From contig CAISHH010000154.1 in assembly GCA_903885085.1 (NCBI GenBank), positions 1,694 through 65,693 of the forward strand: DNA of 64,000 nucleotides, read 5' to 3'. The notes under the pieces are model-generated. The model was not told where the DNA came from. It was given only the letters and a program-made list of their open reading frames with translations, and did no database searches. Within the stretch, counting starts at the first letter, position 1. Each line of letters begins with the position of its first letter. Shown piece by piece: positions 18,556 to 27,797 of this stretch. Position numbers and translations under genes: made by a program. Source of the DNA: an uncultured Campylobacterales bacterium (GTDB lineage Bacteria > Campylobacterota > Campylobacteria > Campylobacterales > Sulfurimonadaceae).

Positions 18556-19368
18556 ATGAAACAAGAACTGATAAAAGAAATTGAATTGATTCCAATGCTT
18601 CCGGAATCTATCTTAAAAATAGAAAAAGTGTATGCAAATCCAGAAAGCTCAATAAAAGAGATGACGGCGGCGCTTGAAAGTGATCCTTTGATGGTTGCAA
18701 ATATCTTAAAGATTGCCAACTCTCCATTATATGGATTCTCAAGAGAGATCAAAGATATAGCGCAGGCTGTTTCACTTTATGGCAAAGACACTATCCGTTC
18801 TTTTGCACTCAATATCGCGGCAAATAAATGTGTACCAATAAATGTCGATCCATATAGCATCAGCGTGAGCGGATATATTAAGAAAGCTCAAGTGCAAAAC
18901 GCACTTATTACAAATTGGATTGGAAAGACAGATAGACAAGCACTTGCACTTCTTGCTCCAGCTTCATTTTTAGTGGAGATTGGAAAGATTATTATCAGCC
19001 AGTATCTTGAAAAAAACAATCTTTCTTCTGAGTTTAAATCTGATCTCAGTCAAAACCATTCTTATGAAAAAAGTGAACTTCATCTTTGTGGAAGCCGTTC
19101 ATACGACGTAGCAGCGACTATCTTCTTTAACTGGAACTTCAACTCAGATCTTGTTCACCTTGTACGTTACGCTGATGAACCAGATGATGCACTTGATGAA
19201 GAGACAAAACATCTTGCAAAATATCTTAAAATTGCAAAAGATGTCGTAAACTTTAATGGAGAGATCACTGAAGAATCTCTCAAAGAAGCAACAGACTTAA
19301 TAGAAGAGTTTGGTCTTGATCTTGATTCATTCAATAACGCTATAGAAAAAATCCAAAACGCTGCATAA
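18556..19368 (+). CDS. HDOD domain protein
   Basis: LPMLPESILKIEKV...LESDPLMVANILKIANSPLYGFSREIKDIAQAVSLYGKDTIRSFAL is a typical HDOD N-terminal pattern. Confidence 0.8.
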   Translation: MKQELIKEIELIPMLPESILKIEKVYANPESSIKEMTAALESDPLMVANILKIANSPLYGFSREIKDIAQAVSLYGKDTIRSFALNIAANKCVPINVDPYSISVSGYIKKAQVQNALITNWIGKTDRQALALLAPASFLVEIGKIIISQYLEKNNLSSEFKSDLSQNHSYEKSELHLCGSRSYDVAATIFFNWNFNSDLVHLVRYADEPDDALDEETKHLAKYLKIAKDVVNFNGEITEESLKEATDLIEEFGLDLDSFNNAIEKIQNAA

Positions 19369-19376
19369 AACGCTGT

Positions 19377-19394
19377 AAAGGCTTTTTTGCCTTT
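19377..19394. terminator. Hairpin between convergent HDOD and MFS genes
   Basis: AAAGGC-TTTTTT-GCCTTT, a 6-bp stem. The flanking U-tract is weak on either strand. Confidence 0.35.
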
Positions 19395-19401
19395 GCTTCT
19401 T

Positions 19402-20607
19402 CTAAGAACAACGCTCCATTTTTAAAGAAAATAAAAATCCTATTGCTAAACTCACAATCGTTACACTATAAAGTACGTTATATCCAAAATTATCTACGAT
19501 CAAAGCACCTAAAATAGGGAAAAAAAGCCCTATTGATGTCAGATTTGACTGCAAGGCAATATATACTGGACGTTGATGTTGTGGAGCTAATATGAGAATC
19601 ATATTTGAAAAAGCAAGGCGAAGTCCATCCATGGCCGCACCGATAAGAAAGAAAACTACAAAATAAATTTCAGCTCTCTTACTCAGTAACAAAAGCAAAA
19701 TCGCACTAGCATGTAAGCCAAACCCAATCCATACTATAAGACGATTTGAAGAAAGATATCCCCATAAAATATTACTCAGCATTCCACCAGCCATCTGCGC
19801 GGTGATAAGTCCGCCAATGACAAAACCACTCAAAGCTATATGATTTTTGGCATCGAGTACAATAAATGGCAAAGACAGAAGATAAGTGTAGGAGATCAGA
19901 TATACAATAATCTGTTTTTGAAGAGCATCATCATTTTTGAGGATTTTAAAACTGTTATTTAAAAAGTGGCGAAATTTTTCCTCTTTTTGTGTGACCTGCT
20001 CTTTTATAGGTTCAGGTATCGTGGCAAAAGCGTAAATGCCAAGAAGCATCAAAAGAGCACTGAGCATATAAAGCATTCCGTAAGAATCAGGCGCTTTTGT
20101 CACAGACATCACAACGCCCGCAATCCCTCCACTAATGATGGAACCAAGTCCCATAAAAAACTGTCTGTTAGCTATAACACGTCCGCGCACTTTATGAGAA
20201 AACACTTTTGCGACCACTTCATTGAAATAAACCGTGCCAAATCCCGCGGCAAAAGAGAAGATAAAAAGCCCTATTCCTATGCTTGCAAGGGCGACGTTTG
20301 GATGCTTTTCACCGAAAAAGAAGATAACAAAACCTATGCCAAACCAAGATAAAAAACGTGCAGCAAAAACGCGGTGGAGATAGGGCATCATTCGAGGATA
20401 GCTCTGCGCATAAAAAGCTGCAAAAAGCTGGACTAAAATAGAACCCCCTTTAATAAGAGAGGTAAAAAAACCTATAAGAAGATGTGAGCCTCCAAAGAAA
20501 CTGACCATCAAAGGAAGGATGGTCGAAGGTTCAGCAATGGTTGTTGCAACAGAGATAAAAAAGCCATGAATGGCGTACTTTTTATTGCTTGAAAGAGGTT
20601 TTTTCAA
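19402..20607 (-). CDS. MFS transporter
   Basis: 401 aa with about 12 TM helices in a 6+6 arrangement and a central cytoplasmic loop (KEQVTQKEEKFRHF). Confidence 0.75.
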   Translation of the reverse strand: MKKPLSSNKKYAIHGFFISVATTIAEPSTILPLMVSFFGGSHLLIGFFTSLIKGGSILVQLFAAFYAQSYPRMMPYLHRVFAARFLSWFGIGFVIFFFGEKHPNVALASIGIGLFIFSFAAGFGTVYFNEVVAKVFSHKVRGRVIANRQFFMGLGSIISGGIAGVVMSVTKAPDSYGMLYMLSALLMLLGIYAFATIPEPIKEQVTQKEEKFRHFLNNSFKILKNDDALQKQIIVYLISYTYLLSLPFIVLDAKNHIALSGFVIGGLITAQMAGGMLSNILWGYLSSNRLIVWIGFGLHASAILLLLLSKRAEIYFVVFFLIGAAMDGLRLAFSNMILILAPQHQRPVYIALQSNLTSIGLFFPILGALIVDNFGYNVLYSVTIVSLAIGFLFSLKMERCS

Positions 20608-22361
20608 ATCTTAGATTGCACCGTTATCTTCGTTGCTTCAAAAAGTTCTGCCGCTTTTTGGATCATCGGCTCTTCTAAGATTGAGGCGCCGTCAAACTCT
20701 TTGACAGATTCATCGCCCTCTGAACAGTTTGCAACACAGCTTCCAGTTCCTACTTCACTCTCTTCGACCATTGAAGAAACCTGAAGAATCTCTTCAGGTG
20801 CTTCAAACTTTGGGCGGCTTGGTTCCTCTTGCTTTGTACATGGAAGATTTTTCATCACAGTTTCAAAGCCAAACACTTCACGCACAAGCTGTTTGATCAC
20901 ACTAAAACCATGCCCAAGCGCTTTTTTACACTCTTCATCAACACAGCTTTCCCATGTCAAAACACCATCAACAAATGAGACAAAACGGATATGTTTTACA
21001 AAACATTCTCCAAGCTGTATATTTCTATCCATAATAATTACCACTAACTTCTCATAAAGTTCTAAAGATGGATCTTCTACTATCTCTTCATATAAAGTCT
21101 CGTCCTGCCATAACGCTTCTTCTTCATGTAAAGTACCCTCTTCTTCAATTGAGAGTTCAGGCTCGCTCATCTGTGGTTGCGGTATCTTCTCTTGTGCGAG
21201 AGAAGGTTCAACTTCACTCACTTTTGGTTCACTCGGTTTTATCTCTGCGATTTTTGAAACGGGAATATCAAGATTTACGATATCCACGCGCTTCACCTCT
21301 TTTTGCAAAGACTCAATCATCTGGTCTATCTCTTTGATACGAAGCGCTTCGACCATTTTGAAAAGTATCAAAGAGAGAACAAAACCTCCATCTGCATTCA
21401 TATAAAAAAGTGTTTTTGAATCGCTTAAAATCCTAAAAAATCTATCCAGAATCAAAGTAGAAAAAAGTGGATCTTGCTCAAACATCCGCTCTTTTAGATA
21501 GATAATGAGTTCATCAACGACCATTTCAGCTTCATACTCTTCAAGCAGTTTTGCTATCTCAACGAGTGCGGCATAATCTTTTTTAAACACCGCTTTGAAG
21601 ATATTTGCGATGAAATGTGGATCAACAAGTCCTAGCATATCGGTGACAGTTTTAACATCTACAAAATTTTTAGAGTAGATGATCGCCTGATCCAAAAGCG
21701 TGAGCGTATCACGAAGACTTCCATTTCCACTACGTGCTAAAATCTCGAGTGCTTGAGGTTCATACTCAATGTTTTCAAGATGCAAAATATGAGAAAGATG
21801 TTGCACAACTTTCACGCTCGAGATACGCTTAAAACGAAAATGCTGAGTACGTGAGAGAATGGTCGCAGGAAGTTTGAGTGGATCGGTTGTCGCTAAGATA
21901 AATTTCACATATTCAGGCGGCTCTTCAAGGGTTTTTAAAAGCGCGTTAAAGGCCTGAGGAGTGAGCATATGAACCTCATCGATAATGAAGATCTTATATG
22001 CTGCTGAGGCTGGTTTATACTTTGTTTGTTCGACAAGATCACGGATATCATCAATCCCACGATTTGATGCAGCGTCCATCTCTATGATATCCATATGACG
22101 GTTTTGTGCGGCCATCACACAGTGAGTACAAACACCGCAAGGATTTGAAGTTGGGCCATTATCACAGATAAGTGCTTTTGCAAAGATACGTGCTGTAGAG
22201 GTTTTTCCGCTCCCTCGTAGTCCAGAAAAAAGGTAGGCATGAGAGAGTCTTTTTGAATCAAGAGCGAGTGAAAGTGTTTGAGATATCGATTCTTGCCCTA
22301 TCAACTCGTCAAAACTGTTTGGACGGTATTTGAGTGCCAATACTTCTGAATTTTCTTTCAC
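20604..22361 (-). CDS. dnaX: DNA polymerase III subunit gamma/tau
   Basis: ALKYRP, Walker A GLRGSGKTS, Zn module CGVCTHC, DEVHML, SRTQHF, plus a variable acidic C-terminal half. Confidence 0.95.
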   Translation of the reverse strand: MKENSEVLALKYRPNSFDELIGQESISQTLSLALDSKRLSHAYLFSGLRGSGKTSTARIFAKALICDNGPTSNPCGVCTHCVMAAQNRHMDIIEMDAASNRGIDDIRDLVEQTKYKPASAAYKIFIIDEVHMLTPQAFNALLKTLEEPPEYVKFILATTDPLKLPATILSRTQHFRFKRISSVKVVQHLSHILHLENIEYEPQALEILARSGNGSLRDTLTLLDQAIIYSKNFVDVKTVTDMLGLVDPHFIANIFKAVFKKDYAALVEIAKLLEEYEAEMVVDELIIYLKERMFEQDPLFSTLILDRFFRILSDSKTLFYMNADGGFVLSLILFKMVEALRIKEIDQMIESLQKEVKRVDIVNLDIPVSKIAEIKPSEPKVSEVEPSLAQEKIPQPQMSEPELSIEEEGTLHEEEALWQDETLYEEIVEDPSLELYEKLVVIIMDRNIQLGECFVKHIRFVSFVDGVLTWESCVDEECKKALGHGFSVIKQLVREVFGFETVMKNLPCTKQEEPSRPKFEAPEEILQVSSMVEESEVGTGSCVANCSEGDESVKEFDGASILEEPMIQKAAELFEATKITVQSKI

Positions 22362-22446
22362 ATCACGCTCCCATATATTTTAGGGGATTTTATCATTAAA
22401 AAAATTAAGAGTTACTATAAAACCAAGAGAAAGAGAGTATAATTTT

Positions 22447-22546
22447 TGCTCAAAATCTCTTAAACGGGATCGTGTATTTGGTGTCTGTGTTTGAATATTT
22501 TCAAACTTTTCAGAGTGACTTTTAGAGCACTTTTTTTATTTTTTTT
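22447..22546 (+). ncRNA. Candidate ~100-nt structured RNA or leader ending in an intrinsic terminator
   Basis: TATAAT at 22438-22443. The 5' UGCUC-AAAA-CUCU (22447-22460) can pair with the 3' AGAG...UUUU-A-GAGCA (22512-22529). The stem encloses a perfect hairpin GUUUGAA-UAUU-UUCAAAC (22489-22506). A run of U7-A-U8 follows (22531-22546), ending 5 nt before the RBS (GAGGA, 22551-22555) of the 22560 ORF. No known family recognised. Confidence 0.3.
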
Positions 22547-22559
22547 GTAAGAGGAATGA

Positions 22560-22796
22560 ATGAAAATTTCTGATATTAAATTAGAAATGGAACTGTACGG
22601 CGTTGATTTGGAAGATATAACTGAAATCTTGGAAATTTGTAAAGCTCAGGGTTATGATATACAAGCCCTCGATGAAGAGCTTGAGAAAAAAGGTTATGAA
22701 CGTATTTTCTCTATTCATGATGAAGAGGATGACGATTTTGATGATGAGTATCCAGTAATAGAAAAATTCGGTCACAAAAAAAATTACATAGATTAA
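22560..22796 (+). CDS. Hypothetical acidic small protein
   Basis: 78 aa with RBS GAGGA and an acidic tail (HDEEDDDFDDEY). Confidence 0.55.
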   Translation: MKISDIKLEMELYGVDLEDITEILEICKAQGYDIQALDEELEKKGYERIFSIHDEEDDDFDDEYPVIEKFGHKKNYID

Positions 22797-22802
22797 AGAA
22801 GT

Positions 22803-23204
22803 ATGATGGACAATAAACAATTAGTCAGTGAGTATTATGCTATGTGGAATAGCCATGATTTCTCAAAGGCAGAACAACTACTAGATAACGATATTCGGTT
22901 CCATGGTTCACTTGATATCGTAGCAAATGGAATAGAAGGTTTTAAAGACTACGCAGTCATACTTTTTGAAGCATTTCCAAATCTTTATCATGCAGTGGAA
23001 ATGGTAGTTTCAGAGGACAATCTTGCTGCGGCTTACGTTACCTATTCTGGCACGCATGCAGGAAAACTGTTAAACTATGAAGCGACAAAAAAACGTATCT
23101 GTTACTCAGGTGCATCTTTTTTTCATTTTAAAAATGGAAAAATTTCCAGTATAAACGTCTTGGGTGACTTACACTCTCTTTATAAACAGATTAGTCAAGC
23201 CTAA
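22803..23204 (+). CDS. SnoaL-like / ester cyclase (NTF2-fold) protein
   Basis: 133 aa. YYAMWNSHDFSKAEQLL...FEAFPNLYHAVE...YSGTHAGKLLNYEATKKRICYSGASFF..NGKI matches the ester-cyclase pattern. Confidence 0.65.
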   Translation: MMDNKQLVSEYYAMWNSHDFSKAEQLLDNDIRFHGSLDIVANGIEGFKDYAVILFEAFPNLYHAVEMVVSEDNLAAAYVTYSGTHAGKLLNYEATKKRICYSGASFFHFKNGKISSINVLGDLHSLYKQISQA

Positions 23205-23215
23205 AAGGGCTTGAC
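23194..23215. terminator. Bidirectional hairpin between convergent genes
   Basis: GTCAAGCC-TAAAAG-GGCTTGAC, a perfect 8-bp stem. It spans the stop of the 22803 ORF and ends 2 nt before the stop of the 23217 ORF. Confidence 0.5.
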
Positions 23216-23216
23216 T

Positions 23217-24989
23217 CTATATTATTGTGCTAATACAGATTTTTCCTAGCTCTTTTTTTGCACACTTCTTTTGAAGCGAAAGAATGGCATTGATATCTTC
23301 TGTATCTTTTTTTGTCTTTGCTTTGACAACAACAACAGAAGCACTCACACTTAAAAGATCAAACTCTTTGGTATTTCCATCTCTGTCTTTTGCAATGATA
23401 TGACCTCTGTCTATATCCTCTTTAGTATAAAAAGCTTTTACATCCTCTGCAAACTTGGCAATGATCTCTTTGATATCTTCTATATATTTCATCTGATCTT
23501 TTTTACGGAACTCCACTGCCACAAAAAAATCATCTCCGCCGATATGTGCTTTAAAAAATTCAGCCAAAAGATTTTGTCTTAAAATATCAGCAAAAAGCAT
23601 AATCACTCTGTCTCCGTTTCTAAAGCCATAGTTGTCGTTATAGGCTTTAAAATTATCTAGATCAAAATAGCAAAGAAGAGAGTTTTCATCACTAAGATGA
23701 GCTAGATATCTCTCGATAGCAATATTTCCAGGAAGTTTTGTAAGAGGATTTTGTTCTCTTGCGTAAACAATATTTTGCTCATTCATAATCGTGATAATTG
23801 CACGTGCAGATAAAAAGCCCAAATATTTAGAGTTTTTAGTTATCAAAATTCCCACAGACTCAGGATTATTTGAAAAAAGTTCTATGATTGTCGAGATATC
23901 ACTGCCAAGATCAGCACTACCGCAAGGCGTCATGAGATTTTTTAGCTTTGTCTTTTCTGTAAACTCATTATTGAGAAGTGCCATTCCATATGGAGAATAA
24001 AGAAAATGTTTTAGTTCTTCTTCTTGCAAAACGCCCAAAGTCTCCCCTAAAGAATTGACAATAGGGATAATACTGACATCTGGATTATTTTTTAAATAGT
24101 TTACTACTTCAGAAGTTTTAGATTTAATATCAAAAGCTTTGGCTTTATCGATATATGAGAGTGTTTGATGATTAATCTCTTTGGTTCTCTTATCACTTTT
24201 AAGAATCTCTTTTATATGTTCATATTTATATTGTATCTCTTTGGTGTTTAGTGTCGGTCTTTGGACAAGATACCCTTGAACAAAATGACATCCAATATCT
24301 CTACATGTAAGCAGTTCCGCCCTAGTTTCTACTCCCTCCGCAACAACCTTTATGCCAAACTGAATCGCAAGGTTTGTAATGTTGCGAACCAGCAGTTTTT
24401 TCTTGATATTATTTTCTATATTACTTAAAAAAAATCTGTCGATTTTGATAACTTCAGGCGTACTTTCATAAAGAAGCTTATATCCAGAGTGTCCTATCCC
24501 AAAATCATCGATAGCAATACAAAAATCCTCATCCTGATAGTGTTTTAATACCGTTGAAATATCACACTCTTGCGTTATCTCATGACGTTCTGAAATTTCA
24601 AAACAGAGATTGTCTTTTGGAATATTGAATTTTTCAAGTAATTTTTTCGTGTTGCCGTGAGAGTAGTTTTGTATCTCAAAAAGACGATTATCAAGATTGT
24701 AAAAGAGTTTTATCTTTTCATAGCTTTCAATAGTTGTAAATTTTCTAAAAGCTATCTCACGTAACTCTATATCAAAAGGATAAAGCATTCCCTCTTTATA
24801 CACTTTATCAAACAGGGAAAAAATCGATTTAAACCCTGCATCTTCTACATTGCGTAGAAGTGCTTCCACTGCATAAATCTTACCGGTGTTGATATTGAGA
24901 ATGGGCTGAAAAGCGATATCTAAAACTTTTAATCTATCCAGCCATATCTGTGTGAGTTGTGTTTGCATAAGCGCAATATAACAAACCAT
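23217..24989 (-). CDS. EAL - CBS-pair-like - degenerate GGDEF protein
   Basis: N-terminal EAL domain (AVEALLR, DDFGIGHSGYKLL). The central part is CBS-like (IIPIVNSLGETLGVL, VGILITKNSKYLGFL). The C-terminal GGDEF-type domain has the motif GGDDF (HIGGDDFFVAV). Confidence 0.8.
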   Translation of the reverse strand: MVCYIALMQTQLTQIWLDRLKVLDIAFQPILNINTGKIYAVEALLRNVEDAGFKSIFSLFDKVYKEGMLYPFDIELREIAFRKFTTIESYEKIKLFYNLDNRLFEIQNYSHGNTKKLLEKFNIPKDNLCFEISERHEITQECDISTVLKHYQDEDFCIAIDDFGIGHSGYKLLYESTPEVIKIDRFFLSNIENNIKKKLLVRNITNLAIQFGIKVVAEGVETRAELLTCRDIGCHFVQGYLVQRPTLNTKEIQYKYEHIKEILKSDKRTKEINHQTLSYIDKAKAFDIKSKTSEVVNYLKNNPDVSIIPIVNSLGETLGVLQEEELKHFLYSPYGMALLNNEFTEKTKLKNLMTPCGSADLGSDISTIIELFSNNPESVGILITKNSKYLGFLSARAIITIMNEQNIVYAREQNPLTKLPGNIAIERYLAHLSDENSLLCYFDLDNFKAYNDNYGFRNGDRVIMLFADILRQNLLAEFFKAHIGGDDFFVAVEFRKKDQMKYIEDIKEIIAKFAEDVKAFYTKEDIDRGHIIAKDRDGNTKEFDLLSVSASVVVVKAKTKKDTEDINAILSLQKKCAKKELGKICISTII

Positions 24990-25056
24990 AATTTCAAAAT
25001 GGTTACACTGTATTTATCGAATTTAAACAGGTTAAATTGTTCAAAAATTTGGATTA

Positions 25057-26619
25057 TTATATTCCTGGAGCTTTCCACATAGAAGTTGTCACGCCCTCAT
25101 ATACAAGAGCAAGTTGTGCTTTATACGCGAGTTCAAACTTTTGCTTTTGCTCATCATAGATTTTTTTATTTAGCTCATTTGGCTCATAGATTTTATCCCA
25201 GACGACCAGCTCTTTTGAGGCTGAAATCATATCTTTGTAGATACAAGCACCCACACCAGCGGCCATCGCAGCGCCCAAAGCTGTGGCTTCTGTGACTTTT
25301 GGTATTTTGACTTTGCATCCTGTGACATCGCTAAGTATCTGTGACCACAAAGCTCCCTTGCTCGCACCTCCGGCAAAAACAATAGTATCTATCTCGATGC
25401 CACTAAAGCGTTTTATCTTTTCAAGATTAATGCTAGAAACAATTGCCGCATTCTCTTGCAGGCTTCGAAACATCGAAGCACGGTTACAGATAAGAGGATC
25501 AAGAGAAAGATTTATAAAACTTGGAGCTGCGTGATACCATTTTCCATAGTTCATGGCGTCTGAAAATATTGGGATGATTCCGTATGATCCTGCGGGAACT
25601 TTCAAGGCTTTTTCTTCTAAAACTGCGTAAACATCCATATTTCTTTGCTCAGCTTCAAGCATTTCCATCTCACAAAAAGCATCTCGAAACCAGCGCATAA
25701 TAAGACCAGAAAAAAAAGTGATTCCCTCCGCTTGAGATTGTCCGGCTACAACATGCGGATTCACACGAACCGACATATCTTTTGGAGGAGTCAAATCGCT
25801 TGGAATGTTGACAACCTGCTGCCAAAACGATCCGCCAAGTACAGCAACATCTCCGAGATTGACCACGCCAAGTCCTGCACTTCCAAGCTGAACATCACCG
25901 CCACCCATTACGACTTTTGTATTTTTTGAGAGTCCTGTTTCTTTGGAAGCCTTTTCGCTCACAGTTCCCATAAGCGTGCCGACTTCTAAGCATGGAGGAA
26001 AAATATCATCTTTAATTCCCACTTTTTTAGCCATCGAAGCATCCCAGTTGCGTTCTTTTAAAGAAAAAATTCCCGTTGTTCCGCCGTTACTTGGGTCTGT
26101 CGCTAAAATACCGCTGAGGCGGAAAAGTATCCAATCGCCTATCATGGAGATAGCAGCTACTTTTTCATACAGATCAGGTTTGTTATTTTTAAGCCATAGT
26201 ATACGAGGAAGTGCGCCGAGTGCGAAAGTCTGTCCTGAACTTTCATAAAACTCAGCTTCCATATCTGGAAAGTTTTCTTTGAGATATCGTACCTCTTTGT
26301 CTGCTCTTGCATCCACATTTGCTACTGCAAAGAGTTCATTTCCATCTTTATCGTACAGAACGATCCCCTCACGCATACTTGTCGCAGAGAGTGCTATGAT
26401 ATCTTCGCCACTAAGATTTGCAAGTGCTAAAGAGTCACGAATACACTTACATGTAAGACCCCAATTATTCTCACAATCAAAACTCATAGAGTTAGGCACA
26501 CCGCCCTCTTGCGAGTGCGTCCACTCACTTTGAGAGACACTTATCTGATTGCCCTTGGTATCAAATATTACCGCACGAACACTGCCAGTTCCAGCATCAA
26601 TCGCCATTAAGTAGGACAT
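25057..26619 (-). CDS. lsrK: FGGY-family kinase, autoinducer-2 kinase LsrK-like
   Basis: From memory, long colinear blocks resemble E. coli LsrK: YLMAIDAGTGSVRAVIFD, SMREGIVLYD, ANVDARA, GGGDVQLG..GLGVV, VLGGSFWQQVVN, VRVNPHV, MRWFRDAFC, WYHAAPSFINLS, FAGGASKGALWSQIL, and the C-terminal TTSMWKAPGI. Needs an alignment to confirm. Confidence 0.75.
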   Translation of the reverse strand: MSYLMAIDAGTGSVRAVIFDTKGNQISVSQSEWTHSQEGGVPNSMSFDCENNWGLTCKCIRDSLALANLSGEDIIALSATSMREGIVLYDKDGNELFAVANVDARADKEVRYLKENFPDMEAEFYESSGQTFALGALPRILWLKNNKPDLYEKVAAISMIGDWILFRLSGILATDPSNGGTTGIFSLKERNWDASMAKKVGIKDDIFPPCLEVGTLMGTVSEKASKETGLSKNTKVVMGGGDVQLGSAGLGVVNLGDVAVLGGSFWQQVVNIPSDLTPPKDMSVRVNPHVVAGQSQAEGITFFSGLIMRWFRDAFCEMEMLEAEQRNMDVYAVLEEKALKVPAGSYGIIPIFSDAMNYGKWYHAAPSFINLSLDPLICNRASMFRSLQENAAIVSSINLEKIKRFSGIEIDTIVFAGGASKGALWSQILSDVTGCKVKIPKVTEATALGAAMAAGVGACIYKDMISASKELVVWDKIYEPNELNKKIYDEQKQKFELAYKAQLALVYEGVTTSMWKAPGI

Positions 26620-27794
26620 TATTTTCTCAGTTTCGCTTGTTCAAGTTCCCAGTATTCCATCGCAAAACTCTCGGCTACGTTGATACTTTTGTATCCGCCA
26701 AGCTGATCGGCTCGAAGAACGGCGAGCATCGTATGTTCAACGATATCATTGATGATAGAAGCCTCTTTTTCATTTTTTCCAAAACAGATAATTCCATAAT
26801 CTTTTACAACGGCGTAGTTTGGAGCAGGATTTAAGCATATCTCATTTGTGGCAAAAATCTCAAAATAGCTTTTATAAAACTCTTCATACTCCAATATCGC
26901 TTTTTCAAAATTACTATCTTGAAGGACTAAAGGTTTTCTCTTTGTTCTTATAATATGTTCAGGAGTTAACACGCCTCTTCGTACGGCACTGTAAAGATCC
27001 GACTGCGAGGCATAAGTATAGGCGAGATTTGATCTGTTTACATGTAAGACAACTTTATGCCCTTTATGTTCACAAATCAGTTTTTCCAATTTTTTAAGAT
27101 CGATCTCTTTTTTAGAGTTTGAAAGTTTGAGTGTCACTTTTGCATTCTCTGCCAAAAACTCTTCCGCTTTTGTCACTGCATCTATCATCTTTGTATATGA
27201 GTTTTTTGCATCATCATCGAAAGTAAAGATACCATGATTGTGAAGAATGATTCCAGCACATTTTGACCAATCCAAATCCTTTGTCTTTTTATAGATCTTC
27301 TGAGCCAAGAGAAATCCGGGCATCACATAAGGAATGATTAGAAAATTTGGAAACAGTTTTTTGATATTTTCAATACCACTTACAGAATTTGAAATAGTCA
27401 CAACAGCGTCCGCATGCGTATGATCTACAAATTTAAAAGGGATAATAGCGTGTAATATGGCTTCTACAGAAGGGTTTGGGGCAGATTTATCAATCATGGC
27501 GGCTTTTTGCAGCATAACCATATTACTGTCACTGAGAGTCGGAAGTTTTGCCATTTCCCAGAGCGCTTCGAGTTTTACAGGTGCAAAACCCTCACGCTTT
27601 ATACTGACTAAATCCCAGCCACTGCCTTTAACATAAAGAATATCTTCATCCTCTACTTCCACTTTGACAGAAGTATTTCCGCCTCCATGAAGCACAAGCT
27701 CATCACTCTGCCCTAAAAGATTTGAAGTATAAACTCTTAAGTCTAAATCACTCGTAAACTTTTTTGATTCTTCATCAGACCAAAGATTTTTCAT
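26619..27794 (-). CDS. Class II aldolase/adducin-domain protein (like the aldolase half of bifunctional aldolase/SDR proteins)
   Basis: MKNLWSDEESKKF..DLDLRVYTSNLLGQ...LHGGGNTSVK...YVKGSGWDL...PSVEAILHA..VDHTHADAV. The protein is 391 aa and has no SDR half. Confidence 0.65.
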   Translation of the reverse strand: MKNLWSDEESKKFTSDLDLRVYTSNLLGQSDELVLHGGGNTSVKVEVEDEDILYVKGSGWDLVSIKREGFAPVKLEALWEMAKLPTLSDSNMVMLQKAAMIDKSAPNPSVEAILHAIIPFKFVDHTHADAVVTISNSVSGIENIKKLFPNFLIIPYVMPGFLLAQKIYKKTKDLDWSKCAGIILHNHGIFTFDDDAKNSYTKMIDAVTKAEEFLAENAKVTLKLSNSKKEIDLKKLEKLICEHKGHKVVLHVNRSNLAYTYASQSDLYSAVRRGVLTPEHIIRTKRKPLVLQDSNFEKAILEYEEFYKSYFEIFATNEICLNPAPNYAVVKDYGIICFGKNEKEASIINDIVEHTMLAVLRADQLGGYKSINVAESFAMEYWELEQAKLRK

Positions 27795-27797
27795 CTT

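Noticed and set aside
21578-21588. A-rich run (sense GTG TTT AAA AAA GAT) in dnaX as a possible programmed -1 frameshift site like E. coli A AAA AAG.
   Set aside because: The codon phase is wrong for an X XXY YYZ slippery heptamer. I see no downstream stem-loop, and the position (about residue 255) is far from where the gamma subunit ends.
22362-22559. Possible SRP (4.5S/ffs) RNA, which often lies upstream of dnaX.
   Set aside because: The hairpin apex is UAUU on an A/U stem. The conserved domain IV features that I remember (GNRA-type loop, GGAAGCAG-like asymmetric loop) are absent.
25057-27794. The kinase plus class II aldolase as a rhamnose/fucose (rhamnulokinase plus rhamnulose-1-P aldolase) cluster.
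   Set aside because: Not fully excluded. However, the kinase sequence blocks look LsrK-like rather than RhaB-like. No isomerase, mutarotase or sugar transporter is adjacent, and an LsrG-type ABM protein is co-operonic. It is listed as the main alternative to test.
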